This document shows, one piece after another, positions 1 through 9,410 of a DNA stretch of 64,000 bases. Origin of the DNA: a virus. The stretch covers positions 1 through 64,000 of the IMG/VR virus record IMGVR_UViG_3300044692_000046; one strand, written 5' to 3'. The notes below the pieces were generated by a model that worked only from the letters and a program-made list of their open reading frames with translations, was not told where the DNA came from and did not search any database. Position 1 is the first letter of the stretch. Each line of letters opens with the position of its first letter. The translations under genes were made by a program, and so were the position numbers.

Positions 1-753
1 GGTACCGCGGCCCAGCGCCTCATCGGCGGGGATGCGGATGCGTTCCTTGCGGGCGATGTCGCGGACGGTCTGCGTGAGGATGCCGACCTTCTCGCTGATC
101 TGCGCCGAGGAGTAGCCGCGCTCGGCCAACTCCTGGATCTGCTCGCGTCGCCGTTCCGCACCGCCAGGGCTCCGATCGAACTCGGCCATCGCCTTGGCGT
201 CTCTCTTGTCGCGAACTTTGCGGACGACGTTGGCGCGAGACAGATTCCGCTCGGCCTTGCCCTCGGTGATGGCTTCCTCAAACTCGCCGTCGGAGATGCC
301 ATCGGTCATGTGGTAGATGCCCGCGCCGTTGCCCGACAACTCGTCCGAGGAGACGAAGTCCGACGGTGCCGGCTTGCGCCCCATCAACTCGGTTTCATCG
401 TGTTGTTGCTTGGCCCGGCCGATGCGCCCGGCGTAGCTGGCCATCTCGGATCGCGTCGCCACGGTGCCGGCCTCCTGGCCGCGGCGGATCGCCACCCCGA
501 TTCCGCGCTCGGCCCGCCGCACGACCTCAGCCGCTGCGAGTTCCGCGTCCTTGCCGATCTGCTTCTGTGCCGTGTACACGCGGATCGCCTCGGACTGCGA
601 CTTGAGTTCAACAAGCTTGTCGATCTCGCCGTGCTCAAGAGCCTCGGCAAGCCACGATTTCGCCCGAGTGCACGCGTCGATCACGAACTGGCCGGGGTCG
701 GCGGCCCGCTCCACCACGGAGGTGTCGGAGGCGATGAGCGCGAGCTCGGTCAT
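1..753 (-). CDS. Hypothetical early phage protein with HTH near the truncated end (3' partial)
   Basis: Manually translated MTELALIASDTSVVERAADPGQF...LAERGYSSAQISEKVGILTQTVRDIAR; open to window edge; ATGA overlap with upstream gene. Confidence 0.75.
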   Translation of the reverse strand, partial: MTELALIASDTSVVERAADPGQFVIDACTRAKSWLAEALEHGEIDKLVELKSQSEAIRVYTAQKQIGKDAELAAAEVVRRAERGIGVAIRRGQEAGTVATRSEMASYAGRIGRAKQQHDETELMGRKPAPSDFVSSDELSGNGAGIYHMTDGISDGEFEEAITEGKAERNLSRANVVRKVRDKRDAKAMAEFDRSPGGAERRREQIQELAERGYSSAQISEKVGILTQTVRDIARKERIRIPADEALGRGT

Positions 754-980
754 GACTCGCTCCCGAAGGCTGCGTCCAGCGCGTCTCCGAAGGCGTCGCC
801 CGTGCTGGCCTTCGCCGGCTCGCGCCGTACGTCGACCGGGATCTCGGAAGCACCGAACGCGTCGTCCAGCGGGTCCGAGTCGGCGACACCCAGCACCGAG
901 AGCGGGTCGTGCTTGGAAGTGGAGCCCAACTGGACCTCGCGGCCGGCGGGCTGGGCGGGGGCGTGGATACGGGTGGTCAC
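750..980 (-). CDS. Hypothetical protein
   Basis: GTG start overlapping previous stop (GTGA), ATGA overlap downstream. Confidence 0.55.
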   Translation of the reverse strand: MTTRIHAPAQPAGREVQLGSTSKHDPLSVLGVADSDPLDDAFGASEIPVDVRREPAKASTGDAFGDALDAAFGSES

Positions 981-1258
981 GAGGCCCTCCGAGATGTCTT
1001 CCTGGCGGCGGCCTTCTCGGCGCGAGACTGTGCGGATCGGCGGGCGAGCCCCTGCATGTAGGCGCGGCGCAGCTGCGCGGCCCGCACTGCCCGGACTTCC
1101 GGCGTGAGTTCGCTGTTCGGGTCGACCTCGCGCTCGAACTTCGCCATGAAGGCATCGGTGCCGGGGGCGGTCGCGGCGGCGCGGTCGAGTTCCTTGGCCC
1201 ATCGCGTGTTCGACGCGATCTGGCAGATGCGGCTGCGGTCGGACTGCTGGCCGCTCAT
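977..1258 (-). CDS. Hypothetical phage protein
   Basis: Coupled to cro by 4-bp overlap; KFEREVDP...RAYMQGLA type small actinophage early protein. Confidence 0.7.
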   Translation of the reverse strand: MSGQQSDRSRICQIASNTRWAKELDRAAATAPGTDAFMAKFEREVDPNSELTPEVRAVRAAQLRRAYMQGLARRSAQSRAEKAAARKTSRRAS

Positions 1259-1563
1259 GCCGCGCCGTCCTGGTCCTCGTCGGCGGCCTCATCCTCGGCG
1301 GCCTGGACGGCGTCCTGGATGCGGGCGATCAGCTCCGGGTCGTGGTTCTGCAGCATCGTCACCGGGCACTGCATGGCCTCGGCGAACTTGGCCAAAACGG
1401 TGGGGGTGGCGCTGCGGGTACCGGACTCGATCTCGGACATGTGGCCGGCGGAGATCCCCGCGAACTTCGCAAGCTGGCCCTGGCTCCAGAGGCTGTGCTG
1501 CCGCGCCCATTTGAGGGCTTCGGGGCTGTGCCCGAGGGTGCGAACTGCTCGCTCTCGCTCCAT
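1255..1563 (-). CDS. Cro-like XRE-family HTH regulator
   Basis: LKWARQHSLWSQGQLAKFAGISAGHMSEIESG XRE motif; divergent from repressor; first gene of early operon. Confidence 0.85.
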   Translation of the reverse strand: MERERAVRTLGHSPEALKWARQHSLWSQGQLAKFAGISAGHMSEIESGTRSATPTVLAKFAEAMQCPVTMLQNHDPELIARIQDAVQAAEDEAADEDQDGAA

Positions 1564-1740
1564 GCGAAGAACCTAATGCGAAGTCGCGCGAACCGTCAAT
1601 GGTTCGCGCGAACTTCGTCCGTTCGGACGATGCAGGATGCTCGAACTGCTGTACGAATCTGTGCGCATTACATGCCCTGAGTCCCAATTTCCGCGAACCT
1701 GTGGCACCATGAGCCGTGACTTCGCACGCCTTCGCATGAC
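1564..1740. promoter_or_regulatory. Lysis/lysogeny switch: leftward promoter (TTGACG 1599-1594, TAGGTT 1575-1570, leaderless cro) with operator-like repeats
   Basis: Inverted repeat CGCGCGAACC/GGTTCGCGCG (1585-1610) straddles the -35; ATGCGAAG twice and CTTCGCA twice. Confidence 0.6.
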
Positions 1741-1758
1741 CTTGGGGAGACGCGAGCC

Positions 1759-2382
1759 ATGCCCGCACCTGCCAGCACGCCCGAGCCTGAGCTCACCGAG
1801 CTCGGCCGCTACCTCGAAGACGCCCGAGAAACAGCCGGCCTCTCGAAGCGGGCAGCCGCTGGCCGGGCAGGCATCAGCGAAGGACGCTGGCGCCAGATCA
1901 CCCGCGGCTTCCAGCCCGCCGGCGAACATCAGATCCCCGCCAACCCCAAGAAGGACACCGTGGCGCGCATGGCCCGTGCCGTACGCGCCAACGTCCTCGT
2001 TGCCCAGCGACTCGCAGGCTTCGAGGTACCCGACCCCGACCCCGACGTCACGCCAGACGGGAAGTTCGGCAAGTGGTTGGTGGAGAAGCGTCAGATGGCC
2101 GGCTTCGGCACGAGCGCCGACCTGGCCGAGGCCGCGAACCTCGGCGCCGACGAGATCCGCGACTGGGAGGAGGGTCGCGCCCGGCCGGAGATCTGGCAGA
2201 TCACCGCGCTGGCCCGGGTGCTGGACGTCTCAGAGTTCGAGGCCCTGGCGATGGGTGACTACCTTCCTCCGGAGATCGCTGAGACCCTGACATGGATGAC
2301 GGACCCAGCTACACCCCCAGAGAGAGTGGCAGAGGTGCAGCGGTACCTGCGCTTCATGCGCTCCGAGGGCGCGACCGGCTGA
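1759..2382 (+). CDS. Immunity repressor with two tandem XRE HTH domains
   Basis: LGRYLEDARETAGLSKRAAAGRAGISEGRWRQI and FGKWLVEKRQMAGFGTSADLAEAANLGADEIRDWEEG; divergent from cro. Confidence 0.8.
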   Translation: MPAPASTPEPELTELGRYLEDARETAGLSKRAAAGRAGISEGRWRQITRGFQPAGEHQIPANPKKDTVARMARAVRANVLVAQRLAGFEVPDPDPDVTPDGKFGKWLVEKRQMAGFGTSADLAEAANLGADEIRDWEEGRARPEIWQITALARVLDVSEFEALAMGDYLPPEIAETLTWMTDPATPPERVAEVQRYLRFMRSEGATG

Positions 2383-2624
2383 CCACCCGGACTGATCGAT
2401 GATCGATACTGACTGCTAGGCGTAGTCATTCGTTCGGGGGATAACCAATCACCGTGCGTCATTTGCCCTGCCTATACCGGTAATTGATCTACCTGAACGG
2501 ATGAGTGCGGTAACACACCGCCTACCGCTACTCTGGCTCACGTCTCGATGACGCCCAGGTGCCTGAGAGAGAGGGGTGGACGTCGGGAGGCAACTCTGCA
2601 AGGCACTCACCGGGGAGGGCCGAG

Positions 2625-3113
2625 TTGTCGGAACCCAGCAACACCAACCCATCAACCCTTGAGCGCAGCGCCCCGGTGATCCTGGGCTGCGGCGCTCTCC
2701 TATGGATCGTGTTCGGCGTGGCGACAGCCGTCACCGTGGCCGACCACGACAATGCGGTGCCACTCAGCCTGGAGATGATGCTGATCGCCTTCGGCAGCAC
2801 CGGCGTTCTCGGCGGACTGCTGCTGTACGGGGTCCGCATCGTCACGGCCAGGGTGCAGGTGGTCAAGGACAACCAGGTTCAGCTCGGCGCGAGGGTGGCG
2901 GCTAACACCACCGCCCTGCACGGCGCCACGGACGCGCTGGATGTCCTACAGAGCAAGGTTGACTCCAGCGCAGGCGCCACCGCAGGCATGGAGCAGGCCG
3001 TCACCGAGCTCGGCAAGTCGTACACCACCACGTTGCATCGCATCGCCGCCAGCAGAATCAACGGCGCGCATCTCGTCGCGGTCGGCGGGCAATCCGGCCG
3101 CGGCGACGGGTAA
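2625..3113 (+). CDS. Membrane protein (2 TM plus coiled coil)
   Basis: Two hydrophobic segments; GGGGAGG RBS before TTG 2625 (track start 2559). Confidence 0.6.
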   Translation: MSEPSNTNPSTLERSAPVILGCGALLWIVFGVATAVTVADHDNAVPLSLEMMLIAFGSTGVLGGLLLYGVRIVTARVQVVKDNQVQLGARVAANTTALHGATDALDVLQSKVDSSAGATAGMEQAVTELGKSYTTTLHRIAASRINGAHLVAVGGQSGRGDG

Positions 3114-3139
3114 CCATCCCCGCTCTCGGCGAGCAGGCA

Positions 3140-3172
3140 GCCCCTACAACCCCGGACCCCGGTTGTGGGGGC
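3140..3172. terminator. Hairpin between convergent genes
   Basis: GCCCCTACAACC...GGTTGTGGGGGC stem. Confidence 0.5.
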
Positions 3173-3188
3173 CGAACTGCATCCAGCG

Positions 3189-4178
3189 CTAAATCCGATC
3201 CCCCAGGTTGAGTTTTCGGTGCGCTTCCCGAGCCCGCTCGGCGGCCACGGAAGCACCGTACCGGCGCACCACCGGCGAGCCCTTCGCCCACCCTCCCTGA
3301 TTCTCCAGGTCCTCCTCCGATATGCCGGCGGCCTTGGCGTGGTGTGCCCAGGTGTGCCGCAGTCGGTGCGGCTGGATCTTCGGGATTCCGGCCTGCTCGC
3401 ACCGGCGCTCCAGCATTATCCCCACCGCGCCGCCGGTCATCCGCCACTCGACCGTTGGCACCGGTCCGGATCGATCAACCCGGGACCGGACCGACAGGAA
3501 CAGCGCCTTGCTCGCGGCGCCCGGGTGCTTGCGCCGGGCCCGCAGGTAGCGCGACAGCGCCAGCGTCGCCTTCGTGCCGGAGATCGCCACGAGCCGCGGC
3601 TTGCGGCCCTTCCCGAGGATGTAGATGTCACTGCGGTTGATGTCGACGCCAGCGGTGTCCGCGCGGACCAACTCCTCGCGCCGCACCCCGGTCGCATCCA
3701 TCAGCCGGATGATCGCTTCGTCGCGGAGGTCCACGAACGTGCGGTTGCTGCAGGTGGCCAGCAGCGCGGCGAGCGCGTCGTCGTAGACGATGGGCTTCGG
3801 CGGCGACGACACGACTGGTATGGGAATCCGATCGGTAGGAAGGATCTGCCCCACCCCGGATCCCGGTTCGTCGCGAAGCCATCGCCAGAACGATTTGAGG
3901 GCCATGAGGCGCCGGTAGCGGGTGCCGGAGCTGCGGCCGATGTCCTTGAGCCAAGCCAGGAAGCCTTCGATGTGTCTGCGCTCCACAAGGGACGGTTCGG
4001 TCACTTTGGAGTCGCCGACCTCGGGATCGTGGAGGTAGTCGAGGAATTGGCGGATGTCGATGAGGTAGGCGACGTGGGTGCCTTGGGACTGGGTACGGTC
4101 GTCGTGCTGGAGGTGGAAGTACCAATCGCGGACCCAGTCGTCCCAGTCGTCGCCGTGCTCGGGGAGGATGACGCGCAC
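3189..4178 (-). CDS. int: Tyrosine recombinase/integrase
   Basis: Catalytic motifs ATGVRREEL, GKGRKPR, HRLRH, GW, RRY; probable GTG start 4178 preceded by TAACCT -10 (leaderless). Confidence 0.92.
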   Translation of the reverse strand: MRVILPEHGDDWDDWVRDWYFHLQHDDRTQSQGTHVAYLIDIRQFLDYLHDPEVGDSKVTEPSLVERRHIEGFLAWLKDIGRSSGTRYRRLMALKSFWRWLRDEPGSGVGQILPTDRIPIPVVSSPPKPIVYDDALAALLATCSNRTFVDLRDEAIIRLMDATGVRREELVRADTAGVDINRSDIYILGKGRKPRLVAISGTKATLALSRYLRARRKHPGAASKALFLSVRSRVDRSGPVPTVEWRMTGGAVGIMLERRCEQAGIPKIQPHRLRHTWAHHAKAAGISEEDLENQGGWAKGSPVVRRYGASVAAERAREAHRKLNLGDRI

Positions 4179-4650
4179 GTGTTCGAGGTTATCGGCACAT
4201 GGAGCGGCGTGCATAGTCCACGATCGGACGACGTGACCGTCTGTGCGGTTGTTGTTGCAGGTGAGCCGCCATATGCGAGACTCAGGTGCAGAGCGCTGCG
4301 ACCCGCGAGAACACCCAGTTCTCCGGCACCTGAGCGGCATCCATCGGGGTCATTCGAGCGTGCGGCGCCAAGCGCCGTTCGGCCAGTTATCGGCACACTA
4401 GTGGATCTCGTTCCGGGGGCCATTTGGCCGGTGCGCTACCGGGGTCTGGGGCAGCACACTCTGGGGAGGCGCCCCTCGACTGGTGCCTTGAGAGAGGAAC
4501 AGCCGAGGGGCGCCCCATTGGATCAACGGAGGCAACTTGCAGCGGTAACGGTCTTGACTGCAAGAATACTTACGGTGATCGATGTCCGGTTGGGACCCGC
4601 TCAGTCTACCCGACTGTGATCACGATCTGTGGCCACAGCCTCTGACCTAG
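4179..4650. other. Probable attP region
   Basis: Non-coding gap next to int with a 12-bp direct repeat GTTATCGGCACA (4188, 4386) and two long hairpins; core not identifiable. Confidence 0.4.
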
Positions 4651-4652
4651 CC

Positions 4653-5048
4653 TCAGAACTCCAGGCGTGTCCACCCCGGGTACGCCGTCTCGGTCCCGTC
4701 CACCGAAACGACGGTCACCGGCACCCCCTCCCCCAGGTCCCACCGGTCCCGTTCGGCCGGGGTGGGCATCCGGGAGTGCACCTCCACCACCGGCCGTACC
4801 CGCACCGGATCGACCTGGGGCTGTTCGCGGACGTAGGCGCCGGACCCTTTGCGTGTCGCCACCAGCCCATCCTGACGCAGGACAGCCAGTGCGTCACGGA
4901 TCGTGTCCCGGCTGACTTCGAAGTCGTGGGCCAGCGTGAACTCGGCCGGCAGCCGCGCGCCCGGTGCCAGTTCGCCGGACAGGATCTGCGCCCGGAGCTG
5001 CTCGGCCACACGCCGGTAGACGGGAAGCTCGGGGCCGCGGTCGGTCAC
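4653..5048 (-). CDS. GntR-family winged-HTH regulator
   Basis: YRRVAEQLRAQILSGELAPGARLPAEFTLAHDFEVSRDTIRDAL...RKGSGAYV. Confidence 0.88.
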   Translation of the reverse strand: MTDRGPELPVYRRVAEQLRAQILSGELAPGARLPAEFTLAHDFEVSRDTIRDALAVLRQDGLVATRKGSGAYVREQPQVDPVRVRPVVEVHSRMPTPAERDRWDLGEGVPVTVVSVDGTETAYPGWTRLEF

Positions 5049-5127
5049 GCATGAACGCTACGAAGCGGACAGGAGGGGATGTTCTGCGGCTACAGATCAG
5101 CGGATCGTGGTCCTACACTCGACTCTC

Positions 5128-5310
5128 ATGAGACGCAAGCACCGCGACACCCGCCCCGAGGGCTACTACGTCGACTCCGGCACCTACCCAGCCATGCCGA
5201 AGTCCCGGACGCTGACCACCGACCAGATCTTCGACGTGCTGGGCCGCATCACCCCGCAGGTGCACGCCGCGACCATGCACCAGTTCTCGCAGATCAAGCC
5301 CGGCGAGTAG
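5128..5310 (+). CDS. Small hypothetical protein
   Basis: TACACT -10 just upstream of ATG; divergent from GntR. Confidence 0.5.
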   Translation: MRRKHRDTRPEGYYVDSGTYPAMPKSRTLTTDQIFDVLGRITPQVHAATMHQFSQIKPGE

Positions 5311-5365
5311 CCGCCTCCCCGACTCGGACCCCGCCGCATCGACGTGCCCGGCGGGGTCCGCAATG

Positions 5366-6133
5366 TCAACTCACCATCGTCAGGCCACGGCGGGCCAGCC
5401 ACTCCTCCAGCTGACCATGCTCGGCGAGCTGGTCGACGTAGCGGCCAGGCCAGTCGATCGGCTTGCGCTTGTCCTTGCGGAACGCGTCGTAGTAGGCCCA
5501 CGCGGGGTGGACTCCGACCGGGCTCCACCGTCGGCCGTCGGTCTCCAACTGCTCGCCGACGATCGAGCGGAACAGGTGCACGTCCTCCTCGCGCCAGTCC
5601 ACGAACTCCTCCGAGCCGGTGTCAGGTTCGTTGTCCGAGGCTTCGAGGTGATCTTCATTCGTGTTCGCGCCGCCGGAGGGAGCGAAGCGACCGGAGGCGG
5701 GACACTCTAGTTCATCTTCGTTATCGGTTCTTCTTCTCGGTTCTTCTAAAGAAGTGCCTTTACCGCCGGATGGTTCACCGTCGGTGGCTGAGGGACTTAT
5801 GGTGCGACCTGCGGAAACGTCGGAGCCGGGTTCGCGGCGGACGTCGTAGACCTCCTGGACCCACACGAAGCGCCCATCTCGGTCACGGACTCGGCGGCGC
5901 ACGAGGTAGCCGGCGCGTTCCAGCTCGGCGAGAGTTGTACGGATTGCCTTGATGCCTTCGTTGGAGTTGCGGGACGCCGCGATGCGGTCGGCGCTGATCG
6001 CCCAGTCGTCCGGCCGCGACAGCAGTTCGACAAGCAGCCCGGTGGCTCGGTACGACAGCCGGGCGTCGCGGGCAACGTCGTTGCGGAGGATCTGGAAGTC
6101 CCGCTGGGGCTTCGGCGCCCGCTTGATCACCAC
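5366..6133 (-). CDS. HTH replication-initiator-like protein
   Basis: FQILRNDVARDARLSYRATGLLVELLSRPDDW...LAELERAGYL N-terminus typical of phage/plasmid initiators; AT-richer internal tract about 5700-5800. Confidence 0.7.
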   Translation of the reverse strand: MVIKRAPKPQRDFQILRNDVARDARLSYRATGLLVELLSRPDDWAISADRIAASRNSNEGIKAIRTTLAELERAGYLVRRRVRDRDGRFVWVQEVYDVRREPGSDVSAGRTISPSATDGEPSGGKGTSLEEPRRRTDNEDELECPASGRFAPSGGANTNEDHLEASDNEPDTGSEEFVDWREEDVHLFRSIVGEQLETDGRRWSPVGVHPAWAYYDAFRKDKRKPIDWPGRYVDQLAEHGQLEEWLARRGLTMVS

Positions 6134-6213
6134 CGCGCCACCGCCGGACGGCGGGTCGCTGAGTTGGTGTACCTGGTGCCCACAGTGGGCGCAGATGGCT
6201 TACCCTTGCGCAC
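6127..6213 (-). CDS. Putative 28-aa leader peptide coupled to rep
   Basis: GGAAGGA RBS, GTG 6213, stop overlaps rep GTG (GTGA). Confidence 0.35.
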   Translation of the reverse strand: MRKGKPSAPTVGTRYTNSATRRPAVARW

Positions 6214-6317
6214 AGGGATCGTCCTTCCGGTGAGGCGGATGGAGGTTCCGAGGCCGGCCACGGGTGCTCCAACACCCGGGTCGGCCGACCTGTCTATTCA
6301 GGTATGTCGATCAATCA

Positions 6318-6333
6318 TCGCACAGGTGTTCGA
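6318..6333 (-). promoter_or_regulatory. LexA (SOS) box-like site upstream of rep
   Basis: TCGAAC-ACCT-GTGCGA, one mismatch to actinobacterial TCGAAC-N4-GTTCGA. Confidence 0.55.
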
Positions 6334-6346
6334 CGGAACCGCGCCG

Positions 6347-6697
6347 TCATGGCCGGAAACCGGTTGGGAACGGATCGTCGGCGATGTATGTCTCGTTGGC
6401 GTGCTGAAGACCGGTCCAGATCTGATGCAGTGCCGAGCCTTCACCGTTGCGGTCGGCGATCACCCGCCAGACCGCCGGAATGTCCCATGCGACACCGCTG
6501 TCTTCGAACTCCTCATCCACGGCGACCCCCATCTCGGCGAGTGCCTCGATTGCCGATCTGGTTGCCCACCAGAGTTTGCTCTCGACGTAGTGACGCGAGT
6601 CGGTGCCTGCCGAGATGATCCGGGCCATGCCGTCCAGGGCATCACTCAGATGCCGCCCGATCCGTTCGTTACGATCTTGGTCTGGTGACTCAGTCAT
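6347..6697 (-). CDS. Hypothetical protein
   Basis: ORF MTESPDQDRNERIGRHL..., globular composition. Confidence 0.55.
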   Translation of the reverse strand: MTESPDQDRNERIGRHLSDALDGMARIISAGTDSRHYVESKLWWATRSAIEALAEMGVAVDEEFEDSGVAWDIPAVWRVIADRNGEGSALHQIWTGLQHANETYIADDPFPTGFRP

Positions 6698-6807
6698 GGC
6701 CGTAAGCGTAGGCGACCCTGAGGGGCATTGAGCCGGTCTCGTCGGCGAGCCTTCCGGTACCGTGGATCGCGCATCCACGAAGCGCTGCCACCCTGAGGAG
6801 ACCTACG

Positions 6808-7098
6808 ATGGCCGTCCAGCGCTACCGCCTCCGGATCTTCCGCGACGGGTCGAAGGCCAAGGTGCTCCGCGAGGGCGAGAAGGTGCACGAGACCACCGAC
6901 TACCTCGACCCGTCCTCCGACAGCCGACTGCGGGATCTGCTGGTGGCTCTCGCCGAGGAGTCCCACAAGGTCGACCCGTTCGGCACGTTCAAGCTGGAGA
7001 AGTGGCGGCTGGACGTCTACCCCGAGCATCCCGGGCACATGAAGCGGGTAGCTCGGGTGACGATCGACTCGGCCGGCAGGACTGTCGTCGAACGATAG
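6808..7098 (+). CDS. Hypothetical protein
   Basis: GAGGAG RBS, GC3-biased codons. Confidence 0.7.
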   Translation: MAVQRYRLRIFRDGSKAKVLREGEKVHETTDYLDPSSDSRLRDLLVALAEESHKVDPFGTFKLEKWRLDVYPEHPGHMKRVARVTIDSAGRTVVER

Positions 7099-7131
7099 AC
7101 ACGCCCGCCATCTGGGTTAGATGATCGACGC

Positions 7132-8145
7132 ATGCGGCTCCTGGTCCTCGGCGGTACCCGCTTCGTCGGGCGCGCGATCGCCGGCGCCGCCGTCGGGCGG
7201 GGCTGGCAGGTTACGACCTTCAACCGCGGCCAGGCCGGGCCCGACGTTCGTGGAGTCCAGCCGCTGCGCGGTGACCGAACCGACCAGGACGATCTTCGAC
7301 GGCTTGCTTCTGCGGGCCGTTGGGACGCGGTGGTCGACACCTCCGGCTACGTCCCGGTGAACACCCTGCAGGTCGCTCGAAGCCTCCAGGCGGTCGCAGG
7401 TCAGTACGTGTTCATGTCCACGGTGAGTGCCTACCGGGGATGGCCGATCGAGCCGTTGTCGGAGGCATCTCGGGTGCTGCTCTGCCCTCCCGACGCTGAG
7501 GCCGGCTTCGGTGAGGACACGGAGGATGGCCCCACCCGCTACGGCTATCAGAAGGCCGGCTGTGAGGCGGCCGTCGCGGAGATTTTCGGCCCCGACCGGT
7601 CTGTGATGCTGCGACCCGGCGTGGTGCTCGGGCCGGGCGAGTACGTGGGCCGCCTGCCCTGGTGGTTACACCGCGTGGCGACTGGAGGGCGACTACTCGC
7701 GCCCGGCTACCCGGCACGCACCATCCAGCCTGTCGATGTGCGGGACCTCGCCGACTTCACTGTGCGCACCGTCGAGGACCAGCTCACGGGGGCGTTCAAT
7801 GTGACCGCCCCGATTGGCCGCGAAACGTTCGGTGGGCTGCTGGAGGCATGTGTGCAGGCGACCGGTTCGCACCCCGACGTTGTATGGGTCCCAGACGATG
7901 TGCTGCTGATGCGCGGGGTTCGGCAGTGGTCTGAGATTCCGTTGTGGCGGACGTTTCCCGGCGTGTGGCATGTCGAGTCGACCAGGGCGCAGTCAGCTGG
8001 TCTTCGATGCCGGTCGCTCGCGGACACGGCCCGAGACACCTGGGCGTGGATGCGCGATGGCCAAGTGCACCTCGACGCGGAACGCTCCGGCGAGATCGGG
8101 CTCAGCCCAGAGCGAGAGCAAGCGATCCTAGCGGACGTGGCCTAG
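7132..8145 (+). CDS. NAD-dependent epimerase/dehydratase (atypical SDR)
   Basis: LVLGGTRFVG Rossmann motif, FNRG, DAVVDTSGY, YGYQK (YxxxK). Confidence 0.9.
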   Translation: MRLLVLGGTRFVGRAIAGAAVGRGWQVTTFNRGQAGPDVRGVQPLRGDRTDQDDLRRLASAGRWDAVVDTSGYVPVNTLQVARSLQAVAGQYVFMSTVSAYRGWPIEPLSEASRVLLCPPDAEAGFGEDTEDGPTRYGYQKAGCEAAVAEIFGPDRSVMLRPGVVLGPGEYVGRLPWWLHRVATGGRLLAPGYPARTIQPVDVRDLADFTVRTVEDQLTGAFNVTAPIGRETFGGLLEACVQATGSHPDVVWVPDDVLLMRGVRQWSEIPLWRTFPGVWHVESTRAQSAGLRCRSLADTARDTWAWMRDGQVHLDAERSGEIGLSPEREQAILADVA

Positions 8146-9392
8146 CGAAGCGCGGTCGCCTCGGTCAGCCACTCCCCCACCTGGCCCGCCAGTTCGGCGG
8201 CCTGATCGTCGGTCCGCCATCGAGGGCCAGCCAGCACTTGCCGGACCCGCTCCATGCGTCCGGCGAGCGACACGTTGCGCAGCGGCATCGGTAGGTCCAA
8301 CACGGGACGAAGCGCGTCGGCCCCTCCGTCGCGGTTACCGCTGATCAGTCGCGCTGCGGCGAGATCGATGCGTGCTCCGTTGACCTGGGAGAACGGCTGC
8401 CGCGCGCCTGGCGCTGCGGTCAGCTCGTCGAGGGCCTGCTGTGCGTGCGTCTCCGCTTCGCTGCCGCCGCCCAGGTCGAGCCACGCAGCGGCGGCGCACG
8501 CTTCGGCGCGGGCCTGCCCGAACGCGAACTCGCCGCCCGTTTCCTCGCTGAGCGCGTCCCGATTCAGGTTGCTGTCCTCGCGGTCGGCAACCGCGCTCAC
8601 GAGGTCCTGAGTCACACCGGAGGCGTCGCCGAGGAGCGCGTGGGAACGGGCGGCGATGTAGCGAAGCCGGAACCGCGGCGCGCCGGCCGGGGCAAGTCGG
8701 AGGCCCTTCTCGTAGTAGGTGAGGGCAAGATCGGGTTCGTCGCGCCAGTTGGCGAGGGTGGCGCGCAATCCCAGCGTCCACGCCTGCAGCGACTGGTGCC
8801 CGGCGATACCGGCGTAGGAGGCGGCCGACTGGGCTAGTCGGGCGGACGCGTCCCAGCGGCGCAGGTCGAACGCTGTGCTGGCCATCAGCGCGGTGGCCTG
8901 GCCGATGATGACGTACAGGTCGGAGAGCAGGCCCGGTCGGCGGGTGTGATCCACCAACTCTCGGGCATTGCCGCGGATCTTGCGCGCCGCGGTGAAGACG
9001 TCGACCGCAGGGCGGCTGTGCACCCGTGCCAGAGCCTGCGTCTCCGACCACAGGTCCGCCACCGACGTCGGGTCGAGTTCGGTCGCGAGGATCATGTCGT
9101 CCGCGTCGGCCTCGTCGGCGGCTGCAAGCACGGCGTCTTCCTGCGTGTCCCAGCGTCCGGGCATGGCGCGCAGGTCAACGAAGCGGCGGCGAGCTTCCTC
9201 GCCGGCCTCCGATAGTGCCTGGGTGAGAGTGCGCTGCGCGTTGGCCGGCAGGATCTCTTCCCGCCAGCGCCGCCATGCGGCAACGGTGCGGACCGACATC
9301 TTGATCCGGTCGGCGAACCGTTCGTTTGTCAAGCCGGTCGCTTCTTGCAGCGCGCACAGGTCGTGGCGGGTCCATCGGATCACGTCGCTCAT
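8142..9392 (-). CDS. XRE-HTH regulator with long TPR-like helical domain
   Basis: ATG 9392 with GGAG RBS; LQEATGLTNERFADRIKMSVRTVAAW HTH followed by Ala/Leu-rich helical repeats. Confidence 0.8.
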   Translation of the reverse strand: MSDVIRWTRHDLCALQEATGLTNERFADRIKMSVRTVAAWRRWREEILPANAQRTLTQALSEAGEEARRRFVDLRAMPGRWDTQEDAVLAAADEADADDMILATELDPTSVADLWSETQALARVHSRPAVDVFTAARKIRGNARELVDHTRRPGLLSDLYVIIGQATALMASTAFDLRRWDASARLAQSAASYAGIAGHQSLQAWTLGLRATLANWRDEPDLALTYYEKGLRLAPAGAPRFRLRYIAARSHALLGDASGVTQDLVSAVADREDSNLNRDALSEETGGEFAFGQARAEACAAAAWLDLGGGSEAETHAQQALDELTAAPGARQPFSQVNGARIDLAAARLISGNRDGGADALRPVLDLPMPLRNVSLAGRMERVRQVLAGPRWRTDDQAAELAGQVGEWLTEATALR

Positions 9393-9410
9393 TGCGTGAC
9401 TCCTAGCGAA

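Noticed and set aside
1759-4178. Integration-dependent immunity (attP inside repressor)
   Set aside because: Repressor and integrase are convergent rather than co-oriented, and no tRNA-like core or ssrA-like tag is evident
2558-4546. Shared GGTGCCT..GAGAGAG and GGAGGCAACT words either side of int as recombination sites
   Set aside because: Short, differently spaced matches that could arise by chance
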